Assembly: GCF_009914755.1 (NCBI RefSeq)
Contig: NC_060929.1
Origin: the human T2T-CHM13v2.0 reference genome, Homo sapiens
Reading direction: 5' to 3' (one strand)
Length of the DNA: 64,000 nt
In this document: one piece after another, positions 14,935 to 31,198 of the stretch
Layout of the letters: every line of letters begins with the position of its first letter
How positions within the stretch are numbered: position 1 is the stretch's first letter
Position numbers and translations under genes: made by a program
Notes under the pieces: generated by a model
Databases searched by the model: none
Told to the model about the DNA's origin: nothing
What the model saw: only the letters and a program-made list of their open reading frames with translations

Positions 14935-15925
14935 CTTTTTCTTTTTAATTTTTTTTAAATTCATAGATTTAAGTGGTACTAGTACATTTTTATTATATGG
15001 ATATATTGTATAGTGTTAAAGTCTGAGCTTTTAATATAACCATCACCTGAATAGTGTAATTTATAACTTATAGGTAATGTCTCATCCTTTACCTCCTCCC
15101 ACCTCCCACCCTTTGGAGTCTTCAAAGTCTGTTATTCCACTTTGTATATATATGTGTATACATTGTTTACCTCCCACTTATAAGCGAGAACATGTGGTAT
15201 TTGATTTTCTCTTTCTGAGTTATTTCACTTAAGATAGTGGCTTCCAGTTCCAACCATGTTGCTGCAAAATACATGATTTCATTCTTTTTTAGGCTGAGTA
15301 GTATTCCATGGTGTATAGCCCTTTTAATAATTATGCAAGGTAATATTGTGCATATATATATGCCATGGAATACTGCTCAGCCATCATATATATTATATAT
15401 ATATTTTTTATATATATAATGTGTGTATATGTGTATGTATATATACATATACATACACACACACACACACACACACACACCATGGAATACTATTCAATGT
15501 GATATATTAATCATGTTTTTTATGCAATCATCTCTTGGTGGAAACTTAGGTTGATTTCATGAGTGCTATTCTGAACAGTGCTGTGATAAACATACGAGTG
15601 CAAGTGTCTTTTTATAAAACTATCTCTTTGCTGGAATAAGGCACAGTTCTATTTTTATTTATTTGAGAAATCTCCATAGTGTTTTCCATAGAGGTTGTAC
15701 TAATCTACATTCTGACCAACTGTCTGTAAGTATTCCCTTTCCTCCATGGATCCTCACCAGTATCTGTTGATTTTTGTCTTTCTAATAATAGCCATCCTGA
15801 CTGGTGTAAGATGATATCTCATTGTGGTTTTAATTTGGATTTCTTTGATGATTAGTTATGTGGAGCATTTTTTCATGTTTGTTGGCTCCTTGTATGTTTT
15901 CTTTTGAAAAGTGTCTGTTCAGTTG
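14935..15925 (-). mobile_element. L1PB-like 3' end fragment
   Basis: L1PB-type 3'UTR (GGATATATTGTATAGTG..AAGTCTGAGCTTTT..ACCATCACCTGAATAG) followed by the ORF2 tail; interrupted by a TA/CA microsatellite and a templated insert. Confidence 0.88.
15385..15480. repeat. (TA)n/(TG)n/(CA)n compound microsatellite
   Basis: Directly visible; ends in about 13 CA units. Confidence 0.95.
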
Positions 15926-16214
15926 TTATCTACATCACTAGCTACCTTTATATCTCAAACACAATTTCTGGAATTGTAAGTTATTGGGCTCTCCCTTAGC
16001 AATTAATAAAAGAGGACTCTATTTCTATTTGATAGTTATTTTTCTGAATAGCAATCACTGCCCTTGATTGGCAATCTTGAAAACGGGGAGTTTAGGATTG
16101 TGCAACAACACCCCAACTAGTTCTATAATTTACTTCTCAGAAACATATCCATTTATATTTTAAACAACTCTTGTCAGGGATTGTAAAACTGAATCAGTAG
16201 ACATTTATTGGTGT

Positions 16215-16415
16215 CACAATAGTAATAGCTATAATTTGCAGGATCACCTTTTTGTGCCAGGACGTGTCTTTTCCATATATTCTTTCTAGCCCTTTTAATA
16301 ATTATGCAAGGTAATATTATGCATGACTTATGGGTGAGGAATTAAGGTTTGGAAAATCAACAGCTAATAACTGGTGGAGCTCCTGTTCAAATTCAAATTT
16401 GATGCCATACTGTCT
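16215..16415 (-). mobile_element. MIR SINE (donor of the templated insert at 15316)
   Basis: AATAGTAATAGCTA...TGTGCCAGG...GGTGAGGAATTAAGG...CAGCTAATAACTGGTGGAGC; degraded MIR pattern. Confidence 0.65.
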
Positions 16416-16609
16416 TCTGAAACTGTTATATACAGAAAGTGACACAGAACTTTGGGTTGACCACTGTGTATTACCTCTTTGTGGCTACTTCTATTAATTT
16501 GATGACAACTCTACATCTACATATTTCATTGTATTTTAGCAGCCTAAGAAAGTTAATGAGTTTCTAAAATATCCTAGCATTTAGAAGGAAAAGGTGGCAA
16601 TAAAGAGGA

Positions 16610-16850
16610 AGCTAGTAATCTATTCAATGTTTTCTATGCTGCTAGGCACTTTATTGCACTTTATTAAGACATAAATTATTTATATTCACAACCTACTCTA
16701 AGACAGACCTTTTAATTTTAGTTTAAGTGTAGGTAACTAAGGCTCTACAAGGTTAAAACTTGCCAAAAGTCAAAAGTCAGAAGTCATTGGTGAAGACAGA
16801 ATTTGCACCAAAATCTATCTTTAAACATCATACTCTATCTTTTCCAGCAT
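16610..16850 (-). mobile_element. MIR SINE
   Basis: CTAGGCACT...TTCACAACC...GTAGGTAACTAAGGCTC..AGGTTAAAACTTGCCAAAAGTCA. Confidence 0.65.
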
Positions 16851-16889
16851 ATGATAAATCATATATTTAAAAATTTATATGGTAATTTA

Positions 16890-17990
16890 TTTTTTATCAG
16901 AGCAATTTGAGAGTAGGTTATATGCATGATGCCCTTTATCTCCTAAAACCTTATTGTATATATCCTAAGAAAAAGGATATTCTCATATGTAACCATAGTG
17001 CAGATAACAAATTTAGGAAATCTAACATTGAGATGATACTTCAATCTGCAGTTCATACTTTAACTTTCCCCAGTGCCAAATAATGTCCTTAAAAAAAGTT
17101 TTCCCCTTTTAAAACAGGGTTGAGCCTAAAATTCATATTGTATTTAGTTGCTATGATCTTTTCCTCTCTTTTAATTTGGAAAAGTTACTTAACATATCCT
17201 TATCTTTCATAATACTGACATTTTTAAAAGAATATGGGCCAAATATTTTATAGAATGTCAATCAGTATGAGTTTGTCCACATATTTTCTCATAGTCCGGT
17301 TAAAGTTCTGCATTCTCATCCAGAATACCCCATAAGGATGACTTACCCTTCTCAGATTATCAAATGTGGAAGCACATGATGTTTGTCTGCTTCTCACTGG
17401 TGATGCTAATTTTGATAACCTGTTCAAGGTGTTCTCTGGCTTCTTCCACGTACAATGACTATTTTTTCTTATACAACTAATAAACAACAAGGGAGAGACA
17501 TTTTGAGACCATGAAAATATCCCGTTTCTCATCAATCTTTAGCATTCATTGATGATTCTTGCCTATACCAATCATTACTAGTATGATTGCCAGATACTGA
17601 TTTTTGAACTTTACTTTCTCCACATTTATCAGCTAAAATTTTACTACAAAGAAAAACCCTGTTTATCCTACTTATTTATCTATTTATTATCTATATTCAC
17701 TCATTAAATCTTATTTTATTCAGTAGGTTATAATTTATTATTAGCCTTATTTCTTTTCATACTCAAATTATCACAGATTTGGGTAGTTGAAATCCCATTA
17801 AAATGGTTCCTGTGTCCTTGTGCTGCATTTCCATCATTTTTTGGAGCACTTTCTTATTTTTTGTCCCAACAAGATGGCCATGAAATCAGCCATTTCTGCA
17901 AGCAGCTCTGTTTCCTTTTAATGAAGAATAGTATTTAGAAAGTAAGAATAGGGCACTAGCTGTGCTCATTGCTATTAGTACTAATTTCCT
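16890..17990 (-). mobile_element. L1MC4/5-like 3' end
   Basis: CATGATGCCCTTTATCTCCTAAA...CCTAAGAAAAAGGATATTCTC..TAACCATAGTGCAG and GAAATCAGCCATTTCTGCAAG motifs typical of L1MC 3' ends. Confidence 0.7.
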
Positions 17991-18029
17991 TTAAGTCTTT
18001 TTTTCCTCACAGCCAGGCCAACAAAATGT

Positions 18030-18690
18030 ATGGTCAAACATTTGAATTTTTATTAGTCTGATGGAAAAAAAAGTATTTCAGTGTAGTTTTAATTTGCACT
18101 TCTTTTATTATGAGTAAACTTGAACACCTTTTCATATGTTGAAGAACCTTTAAAAATGTTTTTTTGCTGAATTTTCTGTTCAAGTCTTTGCCCATTTTTC
18201 TATTATTTTCTCAATTATGAAGTTTTAAAAAATATTAAGACAAATTAGTCCTTTATTTGTGATCTATAGCAAAATTTGTCATTTGTTTTTGTTTTTGATT
18301 ATTATAGGCAAAAGTTTCAAATTTACTAATATTTCTTTTATTGCATTATCTTTATAAAGCTTTTCTTTTCACTCACATTGTAGAGGAATCCACTCATGTT
18401 TTCTTCAAGCACTTGAGTGGTTTTGTTTTTATACACTTAGATTCCAGATCTATTTGGAATTTATTTTCATACATGTCACTAAGAATGGATCTGAGTTCAT
18501 CTTTATTCCAAGTGGCCCTGTAGTTGTCCCAACATTATTTATTGAAGAGACCACTTTGTTCCAGTCATCTGAGGTACCACCTTTACCACAAATTAAATTT
18601 CCGTAAGTAGTTGGGTCTGTTTTTTGAACTTTCTTTTTTATTCCATTGGTCTTTGTCTAGTCATGTGCCAGTACCATTGGGTTTTATTTA
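18030..18690 (-). mobile_element. Old L1M ORF2/3' fragment
   Basis: GTTTTAATTTGCACTTC..TGAACACCTTTTCATATGTT, GTTGTCCCAACATTATTTATTGAA, GTGCCAGTACCA. Confidence 0.7.
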
Positions 18691-18704
18691 CAAATAGATC
18701 GTAT

Positions 18705-18840
18705 TCTAACCTCATTTTTTACAGTTGAGGAAACAGACATACTAGGTCAAGTGTCTTTTCCCAAACGAGGGAGTAGCAGAGCCAGAGCTAGGAACTAGTC
18801 TTCCTGACTTATGACACAATACTTTTTTTCCCTATGCTGT
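18705..18840 (-). mobile_element. MIR fragment
   Basis: CCTCATTTTTTACAGTTGAGGAAACAGAC...AGTAGCAGAGCCAGAGCTAGGAAC. Confidence 0.65.
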
Positions 18841-20044
18841 GCTACTCTCATCTCTCTCTACTGTTTTTGGGAAGAGTAGAAACTCTAGCTACAGGGAAGA
18901 GCCTGCTTTGTCTAGAGAAAAAACCGCCACTGGATTATGCTCTTCCTGGAACAGATTTGTAGAAGGGGTCATGAGCGTGCAAAGAACACTCTGCCACATA
19001 GTGTTCTCTGGATAGTTTGACCTGGAAAGACAGGGTGAGCAGTAAAAAGATCATACACAAAGAAGCTGAGAGGCAGAGGGGTTAAGTGATATGGCCAAGG
19101 TCACACAGTGTACTAGTGCCAGCTGTCGTTTTAACTCAGATGCCCTCCCAGCCCTTCCAGCCCTGTGGCAATGATTTATTGAACACCTTTTTGAACAACT
19201 GCTTTTTTAAGCTGCTGTACATTTTTGTGTACATTAAAATTTGACTTTGTTATATAATGTCTGGCACAAAAAGTTATTGGTAGCCTGCCTATACCCCACT
19301 TAAGTTCCTGCTGACGTTTTTACCTAAAGAATGAAAAAAATTGTTAGACGGGTTTGGAGAGACAATTCTTCTTATATATAGTGCTAAAACTCTCTTTTTA
19401 TATGGACCTGTTCAGCTAAAACCTAAACAACAAAGACATTTGATTTACTGCAGGCATTAGGTTGGAGTGTTAAGTGGTTGTTTTAATTTCAGAGTTTTTC
19501 TAAAAGAGCTGCTCTCACCCTATAGTTGATTACAATTTTAAAACAAAGACATATGATTTATTATAAACAATGTTTTTAAGAACTAAACTTTTTTTGGAAG
19601 AACTAAAAATATGTATTTCAAAAATTTTCAACCCCAGGAGATGGGGGGACCTGACTCCTTTTTTCTCCTCCTTTGGAAATTGTATGTGGCTGTGGAGTTT
19701 TAAATGGTCACAGAGTCTTCCTTGGTGGTATAAAGAATAAGAAAGACAAAATAAGAATCTTCTGGGTTCTGTCTTTGACTGGGCTGAAGATAGTGCTCCA
19801 AGCAAAAGGGTAAGAAACCTGTAGCTTGGGCTTGGTTTGGCTGGTCTGATCCTGAGTTGCTTGTCTCCTCTAAATATCCACCCCTTCCCACCCAATCCCA
19901 TCATCCTCTTTCAATCTTAGCCAGCAACAGGAACATAACTGACTACAGTGGCAACAGAGGCATGCTTACACTACTAAAAATTGTACTTTCTAGCTCTCAC
20001 CATAAAATTCTCTCGCATCTGGGAATGCTAGTGTTCAGTTTTTA

Positions 20045-20134
20045 AAAGGTATACAAACAACGTACAAAAAGAATACAGAATTTCAGTTAGGTGGGAAGAA
20101 TGAATTCAAGAAGTGTGTTGTATAACATGGTAAC
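20045..20134 (+). mobile_element. Old L1MA/MB 3'UTR fragment (host of HERV-H; resumes at 31852-31878)
   Basis: TACAGAATTTCAGTTAGGTGGGAAGAATGAATTCAAGAAGTGTGTTGTATAACATGGTAAC joins TGTGGTTAATAAGAATGTATTG after the provirus, reconstituting an L1M 3'UTR motif. Confidence 0.7.
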
Positions 20135-20500
20135 TGTCAGGCATCTGAGCCCAAGCCTGCACGTATACATCCAGATGGCCTGAAGCAACTGAAGAATCAC
20201 AAAAGAAGTGAAAACGACCAGTTACTGCCTTAACTGATGACATTACTTTGTGAAATTCCTTCTTCTGGCCCAGAAGCTCCCCCACAGAGCACCTTGTGAC
20301 CACTGCCCCTGCCTGCAAGAGAACAGCCCCCTTCGACTGTAATTTTTCACTATCTACCCAAATCCTATAAAACTGCCCCACCCCTAACTCCCTTGGCCGA
20401 CTCTCTTTTTGGACTCAGCCCACCTGCTCCCAGGTGATTAAAAGGCTTTATTGCTCACACAAATCCTGTTGGTGGTCTCTTCACATGGACACACATGATA
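20135..20500 (+). promoter_or_regulatory. HERV-H 5' LTR (LTR7 family)
   Basis: TGTCAGGC.TCTGAGCCCAAGC start; TATAAAA at 20366-20372; ATTAAA at 20437-20442; ends ...CATGATA just before the PBS. Confidence 0.95.
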
Positions 20501-20502
20501 TT

Positions 20503-20520
20503 TGGTGCTGTGACTCAGAT
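20503..20520 (+). other. Primer-binding site for tRNA-His
   Basis: TGGTGCTGTGACTCAGAT versus canonical TGGTGCCGTGACTCGGAT (two CpG-type changes). Confidence 0.92.
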
Positions 20521-20643
20521 CGGGGGACCTCCCTTGGGAGATTAATCCCCTGTCCTCCTGCTCTTTGCTCAATGAGAAAGATCCACCTATGACCTCGGGT
20601 CCTCAGGCCAACCAGCCCAAGGAACATCTCACCAATTTCAAAT

Positions 20644-20652
20644 CGGGTAAGT
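20644..20652 (+). promoter_or_regulatory. HERV-H major splice donor
   Basis: CGG|GTAAGT about 145 nt after the 5' LTR, at the expected position of the HERV-H leader donor. Confidence 0.7.
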
Positions 20653-21099
20653 GGTCTTTTCACTCTCTTCTCCAGCCTCTCTTGCTACCCTTCAATCTCC
20701 CTGTCCTTCCAATTCCAGGTTCTTTTTCCTCTCTAGTAGAGACAAAGGAGACATGTTTTATCCATGAACCCATAACTCCATCGCCAGTAACGGACTTGGG
20801 AATACAGCCTTCCATTGGTGTCTAATCACTGTGGGGGCACCTGCCTGATTATTCACCCACATTTCAGAGGTGTCTGATCACCATAGGGACAACTGCCTTG
20901 ATCCTTCACCTTGACGTCAAGCACCACCTTCCCTGGGGGGCAAGTACCCACCCCCATGTCTCTACCCTCTCTTTTCTCTGGGCTTGCCTCCTTCATTATC
21001 GGCAAACTTCCACCCTCTATGCCTCCTTCTTCTCCCTTAGCCTATGTTCTCAAGAAGTTAAAACTTCTTCAACTCTTGCCTGACCTAAAACCTAAATGA

Positions 21100-22212
21100 C
21101 TTATTTTGTTCTGCAATACCACTTGACCCCAATACAAACTCAACAATGGTTCCAAATAGCCAGAAAATGGCACTTTCAATTTCTCCACCTTACAAGATCT
21201 AGATAATTCTTGTTGTAAAATGGGCAAATGGTCTGAGGTGCCTGATATCCAGGCATTCTTTTACACATTGGTCCCTCCCTAATCTCTGCTCCCAATGTGA
21301 CTTGTCCCACATCTTTCTTCTTTCTCTCCTGTTTGTTCCTTCAGTCTCCACCACAAGCTCTAAGTCCTTTGAATCCTCCTTTTCTACGGACCCATCTGAC
21401 TTCTCCCCTCCTCCTCAGGCTGCTTCTCACCAGGCTGAGCCATGTCCCAATTCTTCCTCAGCCTCCACTCTCCAACCCTACAATCCTTCTATCGTGTCCC
21501 CTCCTCACACCTGGTCTGGCTTACAGGCTTACAGTTTCATTCCACATCTAGTCCTCCTCCACCTGCCCAACTATTTCCTCTTAAAGAGGTGGCTGGAGCT
21601 AAAGGCATGGTCAAGGTTAATGCTCCTTTTTCTTTATCCGACCTCTCCCAAAACAGCATTTAGGCTCTTTTTCATCAAATATAAAACCCCAGCCAGTTCA
21701 TGGCCTGTTTGGCAACAACCCTTAAATGCTTTACCGCCCTAGACCCAGAGGGACCAGAAGGCCGTCTTATTCTCAATATGCATTTTATTACCAACCCACT
21801 CCCAACATTAGAAAAAGCTCCAAAAATTAGATTCTGGCCCTGAAACCCCACAACAGGACTCAATTAACCTCGCCTTCAAGGTGTACAATAATAGAGAAGA
21901 GTTGCAATTACTTGCCTCTACTGTGAGAGAAACCCCAGCCACAGCTCCAGGACACAAGAACTTCAAAATGCCTAAACTGCAGTGGCCAGGCATTCCTCCA
22001 GGACCTTCTCCCCCAGAATCTTGCTTCAAGTGCTGGAAATCTGGCCACGGGGCCAAGGAATGCCCACAGCCAGGATTCCTCCTAAGCCATGTCCCATCTG
22101 TGTGGGATCCCACTGGAAATTGGACTGTCCAACTCACCCGGCAGCCACTCCCAGAGTCCCTGCAACTCTGGCCCAAGGCTCTGTGACTACTTCCCAGATC
22201 TTCTCGGCTTAG
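21100..22212 (+). pseudogene. gag: HERV-H gag remnant
   Basis: Frameshifted pieces: LFPLKEVAGAKGMVKVNAPFSLSDL; two CCHC zinc knuckles, CFKCWKSGHGAKEC and CPICVGSHWKLDC. Confidence 0.88.
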
Positions 22213-22236
22213 TGGCTGAAGACTGACACTACCTGA

Positions 22237-22539
22237 TTGCCTCAAAAACCTCCTGGACCATTACAGACACTTTGGGTAACTCTTACAGTGGAGGGTAAGT
22301 CTGCCCCCTTCTTAATCAATATGGAGGCTACCCTCTCCACATTACCTTCTTTTCAATGGCCTGTTTCCCTTGCCTCCATAACTGTTGTGGATATTGATGG
22401 CCAAGCTTCAAAACCCCTTAAAACTCCCCCACTCTGGTGCCAACTTGGACAATATTCATTTATGCACTCCTTTTTAGTTATCCCCACCTGGCCAGTCCCC
22501 TTATTAGGTCGAGGCACTTTTAATTGTCTGCTTCTCTGA
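22237..22539 (+). pseudogene. pro: HERV-H protease remnant
   Basis: VTLTVEGKSAPFLINMEATLS (degenerate LxDTGA active site) ... PVPLLGR. Confidence 0.85.
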
Positions 22540-22559
22540 CTATTCCTAGGCTACAACGA

Positions 22560-24740
22560 CACCTCATTGCTACTCTCTTTCCCAGTTCAAAGCCTCCTTC
22601 ACATCTTCTTCTTGTATCCCCCCTCTTTAACCCACAAGTAGAGGACACCTCTACTCCCTCCCTGGCAACCGATCACACGCCCATTACTATCCTATTAAAA
22701 CCTAATCACCCTTACCCTGCTCAATGCTAGTATCCCATCCCATGACATACTTTAAAGGGATTGAAGCCTGTTATCACTCGCCTGTTACAGCATGGCCTTT
22801 TAAAGCCTATAAACTCTCCTTATGATTCCCCCATTTTACCTGTCCAAAAACCAGGCAAGTCTTACAGGTTAGTTCAGGATCTGTACCTTATCAACCAAAT
22901 TGTCTTGCCTATCCACCCTGTGGTGCCAAACCCATATACTCTCCTATCCTCAATACCTCCCTCCACAACCCATTATTCAGTTCTGGATCTCAAACATGCT
23001 TTCTTTACTATTTCTTTGCACCCTTCATCCCAGCCTGTCTTTGCTTTCACTTTGACTAACCCTGACACTCATCATCCTCAGCAACTTACCTGGGCTGTAC
23101 TGCCGCAAAGCTTCAGGGACAGCCCCCATTACTTCAGTCAAGCCCAAATTTCTTCTTCATCCATTACCTGTCTCAGGATAATTCTTCATGAAAACACACA
23201 TTCTCTCCCTGCTGATTGTGTCCAGCTAATCTCCCAAACCCGAACCCCTTCTACAAAACAACAACTCCTTTCCTTCCTAGGCATGATTAGGTACTTTTGC
23301 CTTTGGATACGTGGTTTTGCCTTCCTAACTAAACCATTAATTCTCCCTATTCCCCCATATTTCCCTCTTTCCTGTTCTCCACCAAGACCAAACTTGGTTT
23401 ATTGATGATAGTTCTTCCAGGCCCAATTGCCAATCACCGGCAAAGGCAGGCTATGCTATAGTGTCTTCCACATCTATCATTGAGGCTACCACTCTGCCCC
23501 CCTCCACTATGTCTCAGCAAGCTGAACTCATTGCCTTAACTCAGACCCTCACTCTTGCAAAGGGACTATGTGTCAATATTTATACTGACTCTAAATATGC
23601 CTTCTATATCCTGCACTACCGTGCCTTTATATGGGCTGAAAGAGGTTTCCTCACTATGCAGGGGTCCTCCATCATTAATGCCTCTTTAATAAAAGCTCTC
23701 CTCAAAGCCACTTTACTTCCAAAGGAATCTGGAGTCAGTCCCTGTAAGGGCCATCAAAAGGCATCAGATCCCATCACTAAGGCAATGCTTATGCTGATAA
23801 GTAGCTAAAGAAGCAGCTAAAGTTCCAACTTCTGTCCCTCATGGCCAGTTTTTCTCCTTCTCATAGGTCACTCCCACCTACTCTCCCACTGAAACTTCCA
23901 CCTATCAGTCTCTTCCCACACAAGGCAAATGGTTCTTAGACTAAGGAAAATATCTCCTTCCAGCCTCACATGCCCATTCTATTCTGCCATCATTTCATAA
24001 CCTCTTCCATATAAGTTACAAGCCTCTAGCCTGCCTCTTAAAACCTCTCATTTCCTTTCCATTGTGAAAATCTATTCTCAAAAAATCACTTCTCAGTGTT
24101 CCATCTGCTATTCTACTACTCCTCAGGGATTTCTCAGGTTTCCTCCCTTCCCTACACATCAAGCTTGAGGATTTGCCCCTGCTCAGGGTGGGCAAATTGA
24201 CTTTACTCACATGCCCCGAGTTGGGAAACTAAAATACCTCTTGGTCTGGAAAGACACTTTAACTGGGTAGGTAGAGGCCTTTCCTACAGGGTCTGAGGAG
24301 GCCACCACAGTCATTTCTTCCCTTCTGTCAGACATAATTCACTTTCTTCTTCGGCCCCAACCTTATCCCAGACACCAGCCCTCTAGGCGACTATCTTCCA
24401 GTCCTCTAGCAGGCTAGACAGGAAATTCGCCAGGCTGCTAATCTTCTCTTGCCTACTCCAGATTCCCAGCCATATGAGGACACCCTAGCTGGATGATCAG
24501 TTCTTGTTAAAAATCTGACCCCTCAAGCTCTACAACCTTGGTGGACTGGACCCCACTTAGTCATCTATAGCATCCCAACTGCCGTCCGTCTGCAGGACCC
24601 TCCCCATTAGTTTCACTTTTCCAGAATAAAGCTGTGTCCATCAGACAGCCAGCCTGATCTCTCCTCCTCCTCCTGGAAGTTACAAGTACTCTCCCCTACT
24701 TCCCTTAAATTCACTCACATTTCTGAAGAACAGTAATAAC
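22560..24740 (+). pseudogene. pol: HERV-H pol remnant (RT N-terminal part, RNase H, partial integrase; multiple deletions)
   Basis: SPILPVQKP..YRLVQDL, SVLDLKHAFF, WAVLPQSFRDSP (no YxDD follows, so it appears deleted); RNase H AELIAL...NIYTDSKYAF; integrase pieces with stops. Confidence 0.9.
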
Positions 24741-25269
24741 CCTTATAAGCCTAATACATCCTTTCATTTTGTTAGGTCTATTCTTCCTTACCCTACTTTT
24801 TGCCACAGGGCTTTATGCAGTCACCCCCACTACTTAGACTGCATCCCAAAAACATTTCATCCCTGCTATCTTCTGTCAAGCCATACTCCTATTCTTCATT
24901 CTCACCCATCCATAAATGCCCTGCCCTTGTCTACACTGCTGGCTTATACTTTTCTCCAAACCATCGTAGCTGGTCTTATCTCCTAACCACCACTCTTAAC
25001 TCCCTCTTGGAATGGATAAATGACCTTTGCTGGAAAAGCACACTCCAATTCTTTCACCCACTTTACATTTCCAGTTTTGCCTTACACAAGGTCTCTTCTT
25101 CCTCTGTGCTCCTCCACCTATGTGTGTCTACATGTTAATTTGGAAGGCACATGTACACTAGTTTTCCTTACCCACTAAAATCAATTTGCAAATAAGACCA
25201 AACAGCTTCCTGCTCCCCTCATGACACCAATACTTCACTACTATCTTGTTTTGTTTTTCATATTGATAT
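24741..25269 (+). pseudogene. env: HERV-H env region, largely deleted
   Basis: Only about 0.5 kb between the pol end and the PPT (ATAAGAAGACAGG); no intact frame. Confidence 0.6.
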
Positions 25270-26306
25270 AAGAAGACAGGGGTGGAGCCAAGATGGCCGA
25301 ATAGGAACAGCTCCAGTCTACAGCTCCTAGCATGAGTGACAAAGAAGATGGGTAATTTCTGCATTTCCAACTGAGGTACCGGGTTCATCTCACTAGGGAG
25401 TGTCCGACAGTGGGTGCAGAACAGTGGGTGCAGTGCACTGAATGTGAGCTGAAGCAGGGTGAGGCATTGCCTCACCCAGGAAGCACAAGAGGTCAGGGAA
25501 TTCCCTTTCCTAGTCAAAGAAAGGGGTGACAGATGGCACCTGGGAAATTGGATCACTCCCACCCTAATACTGAGCTTTTCCAATGGTCTTAGCAAACAGC
25601 ACACCAGGAGATTATATCCCGTGCCTGGCTCTGAGGGTCCCCCACCCATGTAGCCTCACTCACTGCTAGCACAGCAGTCTGAGACCAAACTGCAAGGCGG
25701 CAGTGAGGCTGGGGGCGGGGCACCTGCCATTGCCGAGGTGTGAGTAGGTAAACAAAGCGGCTGGGAAGCTCGAACTAGGTGGAGCCCACCTCAGCTCAAG
25801 GAGGCCTGCCTGCCTCTGTAGACTCCACCTCTGGGGGCAGGGCATAGCCAAACAAAAGGCAGCAGAAACCTCTGCAGACTTAAATGTCCCTCTCTGACAG
25901 CTTTGAAGAGATTAGTGGTTCTCCCAGCATGCAGCTGGAGATCTGAGAACAGACAGACTGCCTCCTCAAGTGGGTCCCTGACCCCCAAGTAGCCTAACTG
26001 GGAGGCATTCCCCAGCAGGGGTAGACTGACACCTCACACGTCTGGGTACTCCTCTGAGACAAAACTTCCAGAGGAATGATCAAGCAGCAACATTTGCTGT
26101 TCACCAATATCCACTGTTCTGCAGCCTCTGTGGCTGATAATCCACACAAACATGGTCTGGAGTGAACCTCCAGCAAACTCCAACAGACCTGCAGCTGAGG
26201 GTCCTGACTGTTAGAAGGAAAACTAACAAACAGAAAGGACATCCACGCCAAAATCCCATCTGTACGTCACCATCATAAAAGATCAAAGGTAGATAAAACC
26301 ACAAAG

Positions 26307-27317
26307 ATGGGGAAAAACCAGAGCAGAAAAACTGGAAACTCTAAAAATTAGAGCACCTCTCCTCCAAAGGAATGCAGCTCCTCACTGGCAATGGAATAAA
26401 GCTGGATGGAGAATGACTTTGACGAGTTGAGAGAAGAAGGCTCCAGATGATCAAACTACTCCGAGCTAAAGGAGGAAGTTCCAACCCATGGCAAAGAGGT
26501 TAAAAACCTTGAAAAAAAATTAGATGAATGGCTAACTAGAATAACCAATGCAGAGAAGTCCTTAGAGGACCTGATGGAGCTGAAAACCATGGCATGAGAA
26601 CTATGACAAATGCACAAGCCTCAGTAGCCAATTCAATCAACTGGAAGAAAGGGTATCAGTGATGGAAGATCAAATGAATGAAATGAAGTGAGAAGAGAAG
26701 TTTAGAGAAAAAAGAATAAAAAGAAATGAACAAAGCCTCCAAGAAATATGGGACCATGTGAAAAGACCAAATCTATGTCTGATTGGTGTACCTGAAAGTG
26801 ATGGGGAGAATGGAACCAAGTTGGAAAACACTCTTCAAGATATTATCCAGGAGAAATTCCCCAATCTAGCAAGGCAGGCCAATATTCAAATTCAGGAAAT
26901 ACAGAGAACACCACAAAGATACTCCTCGAGAAGAGCAACTCCAAGACACATAATTGTCAGATTCACCAAAGTTGAAATGAAAGAAAAAATGTTAAGGGCA
27001 GCAAGAGAGAAAGGTCGGGTTACCCACAAAGGGAAGTCCATCAGACTAACAGCTGATCTCTCGGTAGAAACTCTACAAGCCAGAAGAGAGTGGGGGCCAA
27101 TATTCAACATTCTTAAGGAAAAGAATTTTCAACCTAGAATTTCATATCCAGCCAAACTAAGCTTCATAAGTGAAGGAGAATAAAATCCTTTACAGAGAAG
27201 CAAATGCTGAGAGATTTTGTCACCACCAGGCCTCCCATAAAAGAGCTTCTGAAGGAAGCCCTAAACATGGAAAGGAACAACTGGTACCAGCCACTGCAAA
27301 ATCATGCCAAATTGTAA
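26307..27317 (+). pseudogene. L1 ORF1p, disrupted
   Basis: ATGGGGAAAAACCAG start; fragment KRPNL...ARREWGPIF...YPAKLSF; several stops and frameshifts. Confidence 0.93.
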
Positions 27318-27380
27318 AGAACATCGAGGCTAGGAAGAAACTGCATCAACTAAGGAGCAAAATAACCAGCTAACATCATA

Positions 27381-31198
<3,818 letters not shown>

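Noticed and set aside
20503-20520. tRNA-His gene
   Set aside because: Only the 18-nt complement of the tRNA 3' end, i.e. the retroviral PBS.
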